DNA from: an uncultured Eudoraea sp.
GTDB taxonomy: Bacteria > Bacteroidota > Bacteroidia > Flavobacteriales > Flavobacteriaceae
Direction: 5' to 3'
Length of the DNA: 64,000 nt
Assembly: GCA_965366915.1 (NCBI GenBank)
Contig: CBDUGN010000001.1
Location: forward strand, 10,466-74,465
Under the pieces are notes generated by a model that saw nothing but the letters and a program-made list of their open reading frames with translations, did not search any database and had not been told where the DNA came from. Shown in pieces: positions 39,031 to 48,731 of the stretch. Both the position numbers and the translations under genes were made by a program. Each line of letters starts with the position of its first letter. The first letter of the stretch is position 1.

Positions 39031-41058
39031 ATGAATCCATTATTAACCCCATTTGATACAGCACCCTTTTCGAGTATTAAAAATGAACATTTTATGCCGG
39101 CCTTTCTACAGGCCATGGAAAGTGCCCGTAAAGAAATTGATGACATTGCCAATTCTGAAGAAGAACCCAATTTTGAAAATACTATTGAGGCTTTAGAATT
39201 TTCAGGCCAGCATTTGGATCGCATAGCCGGTTTATTTTTTAATCTGAATTCTGCCGAAACAAATGATACCATCCAGAAGATTGCCCAGGAGATATCACCT
39301 TTATTGTCGGAGTTTAATAATGATATTATACTAAATGAAAAATTATTCAGAAAAGTACAAAAGGTCTTTGAGGCAAGAGATAAGTATTCCCTGACAGAAG
39401 AACAATACACCTTACTTGATAAAAAATATAAAAATTTTAGCAGAAATGGCGCTAACCTTAATGCAGAACAAAAAATACGACTGAGGGAGATAGATGCAAC
39501 ACTTGCCAAATTAAAATTAAAATTCGGTGAAAACCTCCTGAAAGAAACAAATAAATACGAAATGCACCTTACCAACGAAGATGACCTTGAAGGACTTCCG
39601 GAAAGTGCAAAAGATGCTGCTTCGCAGTTAGCAAAAAATAAAGGAAAAAAGGGATGGCTCATTACTTTGGATTACCCAAGTTATATTCCATTTATGAAAT
39701 ATGCACGGAACAGAGCACTTAGAAAAGAGTTGTCAATCGCTTTTGGAAGCAGAGGTTTCCACAATGATGAATTGGACAACCGGGCTAATGTGATCAAAAT
39801 AGCCAATCTGCGTCATGAAAGAGCCAATTTATTAGGCTATAAAAGTCATGCAGATTTCATCTTAGAAGAACGAATGGCAGAAACCCCGGAAAAAGTATAC
39901 GATTTTTTGAAAGAATTGTTGTTAAAAGCAAAACCGGCTGCAAAACAGGAATTTAAGGAATTATCAGAGTTCGCAAAAGAATTAGACGGAATTGACCAGC
40001 TACAGCATTGGGACGGGTCCTATTACTCTGAAAAATTAAAGCAAAAACGCTTTAACCTCGATGATGAAAAGCTTAAGCCTTACTTCAAGCTGGAAAATGT
40101 TATTGAAGGAGTATTTATGATAACAGAAAGACTTTACGGATTGTCATTTAAAGAAGTATTTGATGTAGACAAGTATCATCCAGAGGTCAAAACTTACAGA
40201 ATTTATGATAGCGACAATGAATTTGTATCCTTATTATATGCCGATTTTCATCCCAGAGAAGGGAAACGGGCTGGTGCCTGGATGACTTCGTTTAAGCCGC
40301 AGTTTAAATTGAAAAATAAAAATGAAAGACCACACATTTCTAATGTTTGCAATTTTACCAGATCTACGGAAAAGAAACCGTCACTGTTAACTTTTAATGA
40401 GGTTACGACCCTATTTCATGAGTTCGGGCATGCTCTGCATGGGATTCTTGCCAACACAACCTATCCAAGCTTATCCGGTACTTCCGTATATTGGGATTTT
40501 GTTGAGTTGCCCAGCCAAATATTCGAAAACTGGTGTTATGAAAAAGACGCCCTTGAACTGTTTGCCAGACACTATGAGTCAGAAGAGCCTATTCCTATGA
40601 CATACGTTGAAAGTATCAAGAAATCTGCAACATTTCAGGAGGGAATGGCTACAATGCGCCAACTTAGTTTTGGTTTCCTGGATATGTCGTGGCACGCGTC
40701 TGATCCCTCTGCTATTTCAGATGTGAAGAAGCATGAAGTTAAAGCTTTTAAAGATACTTTGCTTTACCCAAATAATCCTGAGACATGCATGAGTGTCTCT
40801 TTCGCGCACATATTTCAAGGTGGTTATTCCGCGGGTTATTACAGTTACAAATGGGCGGAAGTACTGGATGCGGACGCCTTTGATTATTTTAAAGAAAAAG
40901 GGATTTTTAACAGCGAAGTTGCTGAAAAATTTAAGAATCATATACTTTCCAAAGGAGGAACTGAAAAACCCATGGTGCTCTATAAACGCTTCAGAGGTAG
41001 GGAACCTAAAATAGAGGCTCTTTTAGAACGTGCCGGATTAATGAAAAAGACGGCATAG
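39031..41058 (+). CDS. dcp: M3-family zinc metallopeptidase (peptidyl-dipeptidase Dcp / oligopeptidase A-like)
   Basis: 675 aa with the HExxH site TLFHEFGHALHG and a downstream E (FVELPSQ). Confidence 0.9.
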   Translation: MNPLLTPFDTAPFSSIKNEHFMPAFLQAMESARKEIDDIANSEEEPNFENTIEALEFSGQHLDRIAGLFFNLNSAETNDTIQKIAQEISPLLSEFNNDIILNEKLFRKVQKVFEARDKYSLTEEQYTLLDKKYKNFSRNGANLNAEQKIRLREIDATLAKLKLKFGENLLKETNKYEMHLTNEDDLEGLPESAKDAASQLAKNKGKKGWLITLDYPSYIPFMKYARNRALRKELSIAFGSRGFHNDELDNRANVIKIANLRHERANLLGYKSHADFILEERMAETPEKVYDFLKELLLKAKPAAKQEFKELSEFAKELDGIDQLQHWDGSYYSEKLKQKRFNLDDEKLKPYFKLENVIEGVFMITERLYGLSFKEVFDVDKYHPEVKTYRIYDSDNEFVSLLYADFHPREGKRAGAWMTSFKPQFKLKNKNERPHISNVCNFTRSTEKKPSLLTFNEVTTLFHEFGHALHGILANTTYPSLSGTSVYWDFVELPSQIFENWCYEKDALELFARHYESEEPIPMTYVESIKKSATFQEGMATMRQLSFGFLDMSWHASDPSAISDVKKHEVKAFKDTLLYPNNPETCMSVSFAHIFQGGYSAGYYSYKWAEVLDADAFDYFKEKGIFNSEVAEKFKNHILSKGGTEKPMVLYKRFRGREPKIEALLERAGLMKKTA

Positions 41059-41059
41059 T

Positions 41060-41413
41060 CTAATTTTTGTCCTCAAGTGCATCATAACCTCCCAAAAGAT
41101 CTATAACATTCTTATACCCGGAGGAAGTGAGTAATTCCGCTGCGCTTGCACTTCGGCCACCTTTTTTACAATAAACATAAATAGTTTTATCTTTTTCAAT
41201 TGTATTGAATTGATTGATGAAATCCTCATCATACCAATTAATATTGACTGCATTATCTAAATGACCTTCGGCATATTCCTCCGGGGTACGAACATCGATC
41301 AGGACAGCATTTTCAACATCCTCAGACGTCAATTCTGTGATTGACATGGATTTGGTTTGGGTACAGCTTATTTGAATAAAAAACAAAAGAAGGAAATAAC
41401 CGATATTCTTCAT
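41060..41413 (-). CDS. Rhodanese-domain lipoprotein
   Basis: The likely start is MKNIGYFLLLFFIQISC (ATG 41411-41413); the track ORF extends to 41485. Contains LIDVRTPEEYAEGHLDNAVNI and the active-site loop YCKKGGRSA. Confidence 0.85.
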   Translation of the reverse strand: MKNIGYFLLLFFIQISCTQTKSMSITELTSEDVENAVLIDVRTPEEYAEGHLDNAVNINWYDEDFINQFNTIEKDKTIYVYCKKGGRSASAAELLTSSGYKNVIDLLGGYDALEDKN

Positions 41414-41486
41414 AATTGGGCAGTTTACGTTTAAATTCAATATTTTCATTAAAAATAATTTATTTTTGGATTCCACAAGTATCAAA

Positions 41487-42047
41487 ATGACTGAAAATAA
41501 ATTAAATCCTGATTTTTGGGTCGACCAATACGCCGACTATCTATTCAACTATGCGGTGGCACGGGTGAGTGATGCCGAGATCGCTAAGGATTTGGTACAG
41601 GAAACTTTCCTTGCGGGATTAAAATCAGCTAAAAATTTTCAGGGAGCTGCAGCCGAGCGAACCTGGCTAATTGCTATTTTGAAGCGAAAAGTTATTGACT
41701 ATTATAGAAAAATTAATTCAAAGAAAGGCAAAGCCGAGGTTCGAATTACATATAGTAATAAAAGTGACTCAGCCGGTGATTGGTTGGAAGAAAATGTGGC
41801 GGATCCTTTTAGTACCCTGGAAAATGATGAAATAGAAAATAAAGAATTGGGACTAGCTATACAGGAATGTATTGCTAAACTACCAAAAAAGCAATCTTCT
41901 GTATTTGTTATGAAAACTATCCAAGGATTTAGTACCGAAGATATTTGTAATGAGCTGGGGATAAATCCGTCTAACCTATGGGTAATGGTGCACAGAGCCA
42001 GAACAAGTCTTATGGGTTGTCTTAATGAAAATTGGTTTAAATTATGA
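41487..42047 (+). CDS. ECF-type RNA polymerase sigma-70 factor
   Basis: The start is taken at ATG 41487 (MTENKLN); the track ORF starts at 41466. Region 2 DLVQETFLAGL...ERTWLIAILKRKVIDYYR, region 4 LPKKQSSVFVMKTIQGFSTEDICNELGINPSNLWVMVHRAR. Confidence 0.9.
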   Translation: MTENKLNPDFWVDQYADYLFNYAVARVSDAEIAKDLVQETFLAGLKSAKNFQGAAAERTWLIAILKRKVIDYYRKINSKKGKAEVRITYSNKSDSAGDWLEENVADPFSTLENDEIENKELGLAIQECIAKLPKKQSSVFVMKTIQGFSTEDICNELGINPSNLWVMVHRARTSLMGCLNENWFKL

Positions 42048-42271
42048 TTAACTGCGAGCAAGCAAGTACAATTTGCAATAAAAAGCAATACAGAGAAGCT
42101 ACACTTCTTGAACGAATCAACTTAAGTCTGCACCTGTTGATTTGTAAAGCTTGTTCTTCATTTTCCAAGAAGAACAGTAAACTAACGGTCCTTTTTAATA
42201 AGGCTGATTTACAACTCCTCTCTGAGCAGGAAAAGGTAAAAATGAAAGAAACGATTGAACGCAGTATCTAA
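42044..42271 (+). CDS. Small soluble zinc-binding (ZAS-type) anti-sigma factor candidate
   Basis: 75 aa with ATGA overlap onto the sigma stop. C11 plus H30-x3-C34-x2-C37 (HLLICKAC). No hydrophobic segment long enough for a TM helix. Confidence 0.65.
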   Translation: MINCEQASTICNKKQYREATLLERINLSLHLLICKACSSFSKKNSKLTVLFNKADLQLLSEQEKVKMKETIERSI

Positions 42272-43092
42272 ACATAATTTTCCAGGATAATTAACATCCC
42301 CAACCAACAAATTGGAATACTTTCTACAAAAAATGAAGCAAAATATTTAGATTGATTTCTATGCGTTAATAGCAGCATAACATTTAACATCAAAAAAAGT
42401 ATTGTCTTTCCAATAATTTCCAACCGACTTATGTCGTCTTTGAGAAAAGTTATCATCAAGAAAATAAATGACAATAGTAGACCGAGATTTTTGGTTTTTG
42501 AAACCCCAATCCGCTGCGGTATTGTTTGGAGATTCAATTCATCATATTCAAGGTCTCTTATCTCAAATGGAATTAATAGTATGAGTATTAGAATAAACTG
42601 CTGTAGTATCTGAAGACCTATATCCCATGAAAATGAAACAACCGAAGCAACTACCGGAAATATGAATGTAGTTCCTGTCCAGACAAGAGCTACCAGCAGT
42701 ACTTTAATGATTCCTGAATTCCTTAAATTCTTGTGCTTAGAAGAAACCGGTAATGCATACAATGCTATTAGCAGGGCAAGTATAAAACATACGAGCCACA
42801 CCTCATAACTCAAAAAAAAGAAATGATATGCCGCAAGGGCCGATAGTATTAAACTAAAAATTTGTATTTGCCTGTGATAGCTATTTTTGACAAGGATATA
42901 TTTTTTGGCTTGAGCTCCGTATTTTATAAAATTATAACTTGGTACTGTTCCAAAAAAAACAAAAAGAATCAGATGTTGTTCTGGTAAAATGTTTAAGAAA
43001 ATATTAGTTACCATTAGCAGACTAATCACCGCAAATGCAACGTGAACACTTGCATCCAGATAAAAATTAAAAATACGGCCCAACCAACCCAT
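42268..43092 (-). CDS. Polytopic membrane protein of unknown function (possibly UbiA-like)
   Basis: 274 aa with about 8 hydrophobic segments. The only Asp-rich element is FEIRDLEYD. Assignment is weak. Confidence 0.5.
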   Translation of the reverse strand: MGWLGRIFNFYLDASVHVAFAVISLLMVTNIFLNILPEQHLILFVFFGTVPSYNFIKYGAQAKKYILVKNSYHRQIQIFSLILSALAAYHFFFLSYEVWLVCFILALLIALYALPVSSKHKNLRNSGIIKVLLVALVWTGTTFIFPVVASVVSFSWDIGLQILQQFILILILLIPFEIRDLEYDELNLQTIPQRIGVSKTKNLGLLLSFIFLMITFLKDDISRLEIIGKTILFLMLNVMLLLTHRNQSKYFASFFVESIPICWLGMLIILENYV

Positions 43093-43230
43093 TAAACAAA
43101 AATAACCAAACTGTTCATAACGTTTCTTTTTCGTTAAAAACTTTAGGTTACATCACTTTAAATTAGGGAATTTTACAAGAATTAATCCCTAATTTTGTTC
43201 ACTATTATTTTAGCTATAAAATTCGGTATT

Positions 43231-46083
43231 ATGGTGACTGACCAGTTTGCTTCAAGACATATAGGAATTCGAAAAGATGATCTGCCTAAAATGCTTAAGA
43301 CCATTGGTGTGGAAAGTATAGATCAGTTAATAGATGAGACTATTCCAAGTGAGATTAAGCTTAAAAAACCTTTGAATCTTAGCAAGGAAATGAACGAACA
43401 TGAATTCTTGTCACATGTAAATTCGCTTTCCCAAAAAAATAAGGTATTCAAAACCTATATTGGTCTGGGATACAACGAATGTATTACTCCATCTGTTATT
43501 CAAAGGAACATTCTTGAAAATCCAGGATGGTATACGGCATATACCCCATATCAGGCTGAAATTTCACAAGGTAGATTAGAAGCCCTGTTAAACTTCCAAA
43601 CCATGATTTGCGATCTTACTGCGATGGAGCTATCTAATGCTTCACTTTTGGACGAAAGTACTGCAGCTGCTGAAGCAATGACCATGCTTTTTGATGTCAG
43701 GCCCAGGGAACAAAAGAAGAATGAGGTTGTAAAATTTTTTGTGTCCAATGAGGTCATGCCACAGACCTTGTCTGTTCTCCAGACCAGATCAAAACCCCTT
43801 GGAATTCAATTGGTAATCGGAGATCATGAAACCTTTGATTTTGACGATGGCTTTTACGGAGCCTTGCTACAATACCCAGGTAAATATGGTCAGATAAACG
43901 ACTATAAAGATTTTGTACAAAAAGCGCAGGCTAAAGAAATGAAAGTAGCTGTAGCTGCAGACATACTTAGTTTGGTTTTATTAACTCCACCTGGTGAAAT
44001 TGGTGTGGATGTAGTTGTTGGAACAACTCAACGCTTTGGAATTCCTTTGGGCTATGGTGGCCCACATGCCGCTTTTTTTGCAACCCGGGAAGCTTATAAA
44101 AGAAATGTTCCCGGAAGAATCATAGGGCTTACAAGAGATACTGAAGGGAAACCAGCATTGCGTATGGCTTTGCAAACCAGAGAACAGCATATTAAAAGAG
44201 ATAAAGCAACATCCAATATTTGCACAGCACAGGTGTTGCTTGCGGTCATGGCGGGTGCTTATGCAGTCTATCATGGTCCAGAAGGATTGAAATATATTGC
44301 GAATAAAGTTCATAAGAATACCAGGATATTAAGTCAGCTATTGGAAAATCAGGGATTTAAACAATTGAATACCGCTTATTTTGACACCATCAAAGTACTG
44401 GTTCCGGATACGAAGTCCTTAAAATCTATTGCTGAAAAAAATGGTATAAATTTCAATTATATTGATAATAATACGGTTTCTATATCCGTCAATGAGGCAA
44501 CAAGCGAAGATGATATTAAAGTAATTTCCAATTGCTTTAATGAATTGCCTGAATCTAATAAGATGAATACGCTAGATGGTAAAACAAAGAATGTTATACC
44601 AAATGAATTAATACGTAGTACCCCTTTCTTAGAAAACGAAGTCTTTAATTCATATCATTCTGAGACAGAATTGATGCGTTATCTTAAACAATTAGAACGA
44701 AAGGATTTGGCTCTAAATCAGTCTATGATCTCCTTAGGTTCTTGTACTATGAAATTGAATGCTGCCAGTCAAATGCTCCCTTTGAGCATGCCAGCCTGGG
44801 GTAATATTCATCCATTTGTTCCTGTTGAGCAGGCAGAAGGATATCAAATTGTCCTACGGGAATTAGAAAGAGATTTAACGGAAATCACTGGGTTTGCTGG
44901 CACTTCTCTGCAACCCAACTCCGGTGCACAAGGTGAATATTCCGGATTAATGACCATAAGGGCATATCACGAATCCAGGGGCGACCTCCATAGAAATATC
45001 TGCATTATTCCCGCATCAGCGCATGGCACAAATCCTGCTTCGGCGGTAATGGCAGGAATGAAGGTTGTAGTAACTAAAACAGATGACCGAGGAAATATAG
45101 ATATGGGAGATCTTAAGGAGAAAGTAGAAATACATTCTGATAATTTGGCTGCATTAATGGTTACCTATCCCTCAACCCATGGCGTTTTTGAATCCTCCAT
45201 TAAAGAAATAACACAGTTAATTCACGATCATGGAGGCCAGGTTTATATGGATGGCGCCAATATGAATGCACAGGTAGGATTGACAAATCCGGCAACTATT
45301 GGAGCTGATGTTTGCCACCTTAACCTTCATAAAACTTTTGCTATCCCTCATGGAGGAGGGGGACCTGGTGTAGGACCAATTTGTGTTGCAGAGCAATTGG
45401 TTCCTTTCCTTCCTGGTAATCCGGTAATAAAAACAGGTGGTGAAAAAGCAATTTCTGCAATTTCAGGGGCTCCCTGGGGTAGTTCGTTGGTATGCTTAAT
45501 TTCTTACGGTTATATTAAGATGTTAGGGGCAACCGGACTAACTGATTCAACAAAAATTGCCATTCTTAATGCGAACTACATAAAGAACAGGTTGATCGGA
45601 AAATTTGATGTTCTTTATACTGGGGAAAAAGGGCGGGCAGCTCATGAAATGATTATAGATTGCAGGCCTTTTAAAGAGAATGGAGTAGAAGTAACGGATA
45701 TTGCCAAACGCCTAATGGACTATGGCTTTCATGCTCCAACAGTTTCCTTTCCTGTTGCCGGGACCCTTATGATAGAACCTACGGAAAGTGAAAATCTTGA
45801 TGAACTAGATCGCTTTTGCGATGCTATGATATCGATCCGTGCAGAAATTGATCAGTCCTCTGCAGAAGATGTCAGTAATTTATTGAAAAACGCCCCGCAT
45901 ACACTTCATATGGTAACCAATGATTCATGGGAATTGCCTTATTCCAGAAAGAAAGCAGCATTCCCATTGCCTTATGTTGTTGAAAATAAATTCTGGCCTA
46001 GTGTTAGAAGAGTTGATGATGCCTATGGAGATCGTAATTTAATTTGTACCTGCACACCAATTGAAGCATATATTGAAGCATAA
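43231..46083 (+). CDS. gcvP: Glycine dehydrogenase (decarboxylating), glycine cleavage system P protein
   Basis: The start is taken at ATG 43231 (MVTDQFASRHIG); the track ORF starts at 43195. Contains TPYQAEISQGRLEALLNFQ and the PLP-lysine region CHLNLHKTFAIPHGGGGPG. Confidence 0.95.
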   Translation: MVTDQFASRHIGIRKDDLPKMLKTIGVESIDQLIDETIPSEIKLKKPLNLSKEMNEHEFLSHVNSLSQKNKVFKTYIGLGYNECITPSVIQRNILENPGWYTAYTPYQAEISQGRLEALLNFQTMICDLTAMELSNASLLDESTAAAEAMTMLFDVRPREQKKNEVVKFFVSNEVMPQTLSVLQTRSKPLGIQLVIGDHETFDFDDGFYGALLQYPGKYGQINDYKDFVQKAQAKEMKVAVAADILSLVLLTPPGEIGVDVVVGTTQRFGIPLGYGGPHAAFFATREAYKRNVPGRIIGLTRDTEGKPALRMALQTREQHIKRDKATSNICTAQVLLAVMAGAYAVYHGPEGLKYIANKVHKNTRILSQLLENQGFKQLNTAYFDTIKVLVPDTKSLKSIAEKNGINFNYIDNNTVSISVNEATSEDDIKVISNCFNELPESNKMNTLDGKTKNVIPNELIRSTPFLENEVFNSYHSETELMRYLKQLERKDLALNQSMISLGSCTMKLNAASQMLPLSMPAWGNIHPFVPVEQAEGYQIVLRELERDLTEITGFAGTSLQPNSGAQGEYSGLMTIRAYHESRGDLHRNICIIPASAHGTNPASAVMAGMKVVVTKTDDRGNIDMGDLKEKVEIHSDNLAALMVTYPSTHGVFESSIKEITQLIHDHGGQVYMDGANMNAQVGLTNPATIGADVCHLNLHKTFAIPHGGGGPGVGPICVAEQLVPFLPGNPVIKTGGEKAISAISGAPWGSSLVCLISYGYIKMLGATGLTDSTKIAILNANYIKNRLIGKFDVLYTGEKGRAAHEMIIDCRPFKENGVEVTDIAKRLMDYGFHAPTVSFPVAGTLMIEPTESENLDELDRFCDAMISIRAEIDQSSAEDVSNLLKNAPHTLHMVTNDSWELPYSRKKAAFPLPYVVENKFWPSVRRVDDAYGDRNLICTCTPIEAYIEA

Positions 46084-46127
46084 CTTATTACGTATAAAAA
46101 GGGATTTGAAAGGCTACTTAAGTGCCG

Positions 46128-46155
46128 AAGAATAAGTTTTATTCTTGTTTATTTC
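46128..46155 (+). terminator. Candidate intrinsic terminator after gcvP
   Basis: AAGAATAA (46128-46135) pairs with TTATTCTT (46139-46146), followed by GTTTATTTC. The stem is AT-rich and the loop very short. Confidence 0.4.
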
Positions 46156-46243
46156 TACTGAACATCGTAATTATTTGCTACGCACACATAGCACGGTATT
46201 TTTTTTTATTAGTTTGTAAAAAACTTATACAAGGCTATTAAAA

Positions 46244-47302
46244 ATGAGTATTGGAATTAGCGGCACCGGATGTTATATCCCGTCAATCACTACTCAAAAT
46301 GTTGATTTTGAGCAACACAATTTTCTTACAGATGAAGGCACTCCTTTTCCTTATTCTAATGAGATTATTATCGAAAAATTTAAGGCAATAACCGGGATTG
46401 ATGAAAGACGCTACGCAGATAAAGAACTAAACACTTCAGATTTGGGTTTCTTTGCAGCTCTTGAGGCTATTGAGGATGCCGGGATTGATGCAGAAGATCT
46501 GGATTATATCATTTTTGCCCATAATTTTGGGAATGTAAGCCATGGTCAATCTCAAAGCGATACAGTTCCAAGTTTAGCGACAAGGGTTAAGCATCTCCTA
46601 AAAATTAAAAACCCTAATTGTGTTGCATATGATATGCTTTTTGGTTGTCCAGGCTGGATTGAAGGAGTAATTCAGGCAAATGCCTTTATTAAAAGCGGCA
46701 TCGCGAAAAAATGCCTTGTAATAGGTGCGGAAACACTTTCCAGGGTAATTGATCAACACGATCGGGATTCCATGATTTATTCAGATGGTGCGGGAGCATG
46801 TATTATTGAAGATTCGGAAGATTCTGGTGAGATTCTTGCGCATACTTCTGCTACCTATGCCAACGAAGAAGCGTATTATTTGTTTTTCGGTGAATCACAT
46901 AATAAATCTTGCCCCAGCAAAACACAATACATAAAAATGTATGGTCGTAAAATTTATGAATTTGCTCTTAAGCATGTTCCAAATGCCATGAGAAATTGTT
47001 TGAATAACAGTGGTATCCCTATTGAAAATGTAAAAAAAATATTTATTCATCAGGCAAATGAAAAAATGGACGAGGCCATTGTAAAACGATTTTACAAATC
47101 TTATAATTTGGAAATGCCGGAGGGAGTTATGCCAATGAATATACACGAAATGGGAAATAGTTCCGTAGCAACCGTTCCTACCTTATTTCATATGGTTAAA
47201 ACGGGAAAAATGGAAAATCAGCATATAGAAAAAGGGGATGTTGTTATCTTTGCCAGTGTTGGTGCAGGTATGAATATCAACGCCATAGTCTATAGATGCT
47301 GA
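46244..47302 (+). CDS. 3-oxoacyl-ACP synthase III (FabH-like KAS III)
   Basis: 352 aa with the Cys-His-Asn triad in context: MLFGCPGW, FIHQANEKM, MGNSSVATVP. Confidence 0.85.
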   Translation: MSIGISGTGCYIPSITTQNVDFEQHNFLTDEGTPFPYSNEIIIEKFKAITGIDERRYADKELNTSDLGFFAALEAIEDAGIDAEDLDYIIFAHNFGNVSHGQSQSDTVPSLATRVKHLLKIKNPNCVAYDMLFGCPGWIEGVIQANAFIKSGIAKKCLVIGAETLSRVIDQHDRDSMIYSDGAGACIIEDSEDSGEILAHTSATYANEEAYYLFFGESHNKSCPSKTQYIKMYGRKIYEFALKHVPNAMRNCLNNSGIPIENVKKIFIHQANEKMDEAIVKRFYKSYNLEMPEGVMPMNIHEMGNSSVATVPTLFHMVKTGKMENQHIEKGDVVIFASVGAGMNINAIVYRC

Positions 47303-47306
47303 AAAT

Positions 47307-47837
47307 ATGTATGAAAAATCATTCCCTGTTAAAAGGTATAAAAATACACTTACCTTTCTTCAAAAACATATAACTACACAAGAAACCATATTGGATTTAG
47401 GGGTAAAAAACCCATTATCTGAAATAATGAAGCAACATGGCTATAAGGTTCAAAATACCAGCGGTGAAGATTTGGATTTGGAGTTAGACTTAGTTCAGAA
47501 CTCGAAAGCCAATGTTGTCACTGCATTTGAAATCTTTGAGCATTTGCTCGCACCATATAATGTTTTAAGAGCAATAAAGGCAGATAAAATTGTAGCCAGT
47601 GTTCCATTAAAACTTTGGTTTGCCCCTGCATACAGAAGCAAAACTGATCCGTGGGACAGACACTATCACGAATTTGAAACCTGGCAGTTTAATTGGTTGC
47701 TTGAAAAAGCCGGATGGGAGATAAAGGATACATTTAGCTGGGCTAATCCTGTCAGGAAACTGGGAATTAGGCCTTTATTCCGGATTTTTACACCACGATA
47801 TTATATTGTTTATGCCGAGCGAAAAAGGCGACCCTAA
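47307..47837 (+). CDS. Small methyltransferase-fold-like protein with degenerate SAM motif; function unknown
   Basis: 176 aa. ILDLGVKNP occupies the place of the usual DLGCGxG, and FEIFEHLLAPYNVL resembles the post-motif II region. Starts 4 nt after the fabH-like stop. Confidence 0.5.
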   Translation: MYEKSFPVKRYKNTLTFLQKHITTQETILDLGVKNPLSEIMKQHGYKVQNTSGEDLDLELDLVQNSKANVVTAFEIFEHLLAPYNVLRAIKADKIVASVPLKLWFAPAYRSKTDPWDRHYHEFETWQFNWLLEKAGWEIKDTFSWANPVRKLGIRPLFRIFTPRYYIVYAERKRRP

Positions 47838-47879
47838 AGTACTGCTTTTATTGCATCAGGATAATTATACCATACTATA

Positions 47880-48731
47880 GTGAATTATTATATCGTAATC
47901 TGTGCACATAATGAAGAATTATACCTGGCTGATACACTCCAGTCTGTTCTGGCGCAAACCATGCAACCCAAGAAAATTATGGTTGTGAATGATAATTCTT
48001 CAGACAATACAGAAGCCATTGTAGATAAGTATATCTCCGAAAACAATCATATTTTTAAGGTTAACAGATCTTCCTCTACCCTTCATATGCCCGGAGCCAA
48101 AGTTGTGGAAGCATTTAATGAAGGTTGTAAGTTGTTGGATGACCAATACGATTTTATTGTAAAACTCGATGCTGATATCATCCTACCGGAAAACTACTTT
48201 GAAAAAATCTCACAGCTGATTAATTCAGATTCAAAGGCAGGTATCTTAGGTGGATTTGCCTATGAACAGGATGCCAATGGAGCGTGGAAGTTAAATCATC
48301 CAATGAATAACGATCACGTGCGTGGTGCTTTTAAAAGTTATACAAAACAGTGTTTTAAAGCTATAGGTGGATTAAGGAATTCTATAGGCTGGGATACTGT
48401 GGATGAGCTTCTGGCTCAGTATAATGATTTTAAAGTTATTACAGATAATTCATTAAGAATAAAGCATTTGCGCCCTCTGGGGGCTTCCTATAACAAACGG
48501 GCACGTTTTCTGCAGGGTGAAGCAATGTATAGAATGCGCTATGGCTATTTGATTAGTTTCATTGCCTCACTAAAAATTGCCTGGAAAAGAAAAAAATGGG
48601 AATTATTTTTAGATACTTTAAAGGGCTATGTTCAGGCAAAAAAGAGGAAACTTCCTTTTTTGGTTTCTAAAAAAGAAGGTGAATTTATCCGCAAACTCCG
48701 ATGGCGTAATATTTTGAAAAAATTATTCTAA
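47880..48731 (+). CDS. Family 2 glycosyltransferase
   Basis: 283 aa with a GTG start. Contains IVICAHNEELYL, VVNDNSSDNT, and the DxD in VKLDADI. Confidence 0.85.
   Translation: MNYYIVICAHNEELYLADTLQSVLAQTMQPKKIMVVNDNSSDNTEAIVDKYISENNHIFKVNRSSSTLHMPGAKVVEAFNEGCKLLDDQYDFIVKLDADIILPENYFEKISQLINSDSKAGILGGFAYEQDANGAWKLNHPMNNDHVRGAFKSYTKQCFKAIGGLRNSIGWDTVDELLAQYNDFKVITDNSLRIKHLRPLGASYNKRARFLQGEAMYRMRYGYLISFIASLKIAWKRKKWELFLDTLKGYVQAKKRKLPFLVSKKEGEFIRKLRWRNILKKLF

Noticed and set aside
39000-39662. 220-aa minus-strand ORF (MSHPFFPLFFANCEAAS...)
   Set aside because: It lies entirely antisense to the well-supported M3 peptidase gene. The composition is low-complexity and Ser/Phe/Leu-rich with no motif. 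This is the usual artefact of an open reverse frame in an AT-rich coding region.
43093-43230. Possible glycine riboswitch upstream of gcvP
   Set aside because: I saw only a 7-bp TTAGGGA/TCCCTAA inverted repeat. The conserved GGAGAG...CACCG-type glycine aptamer cores are absent.
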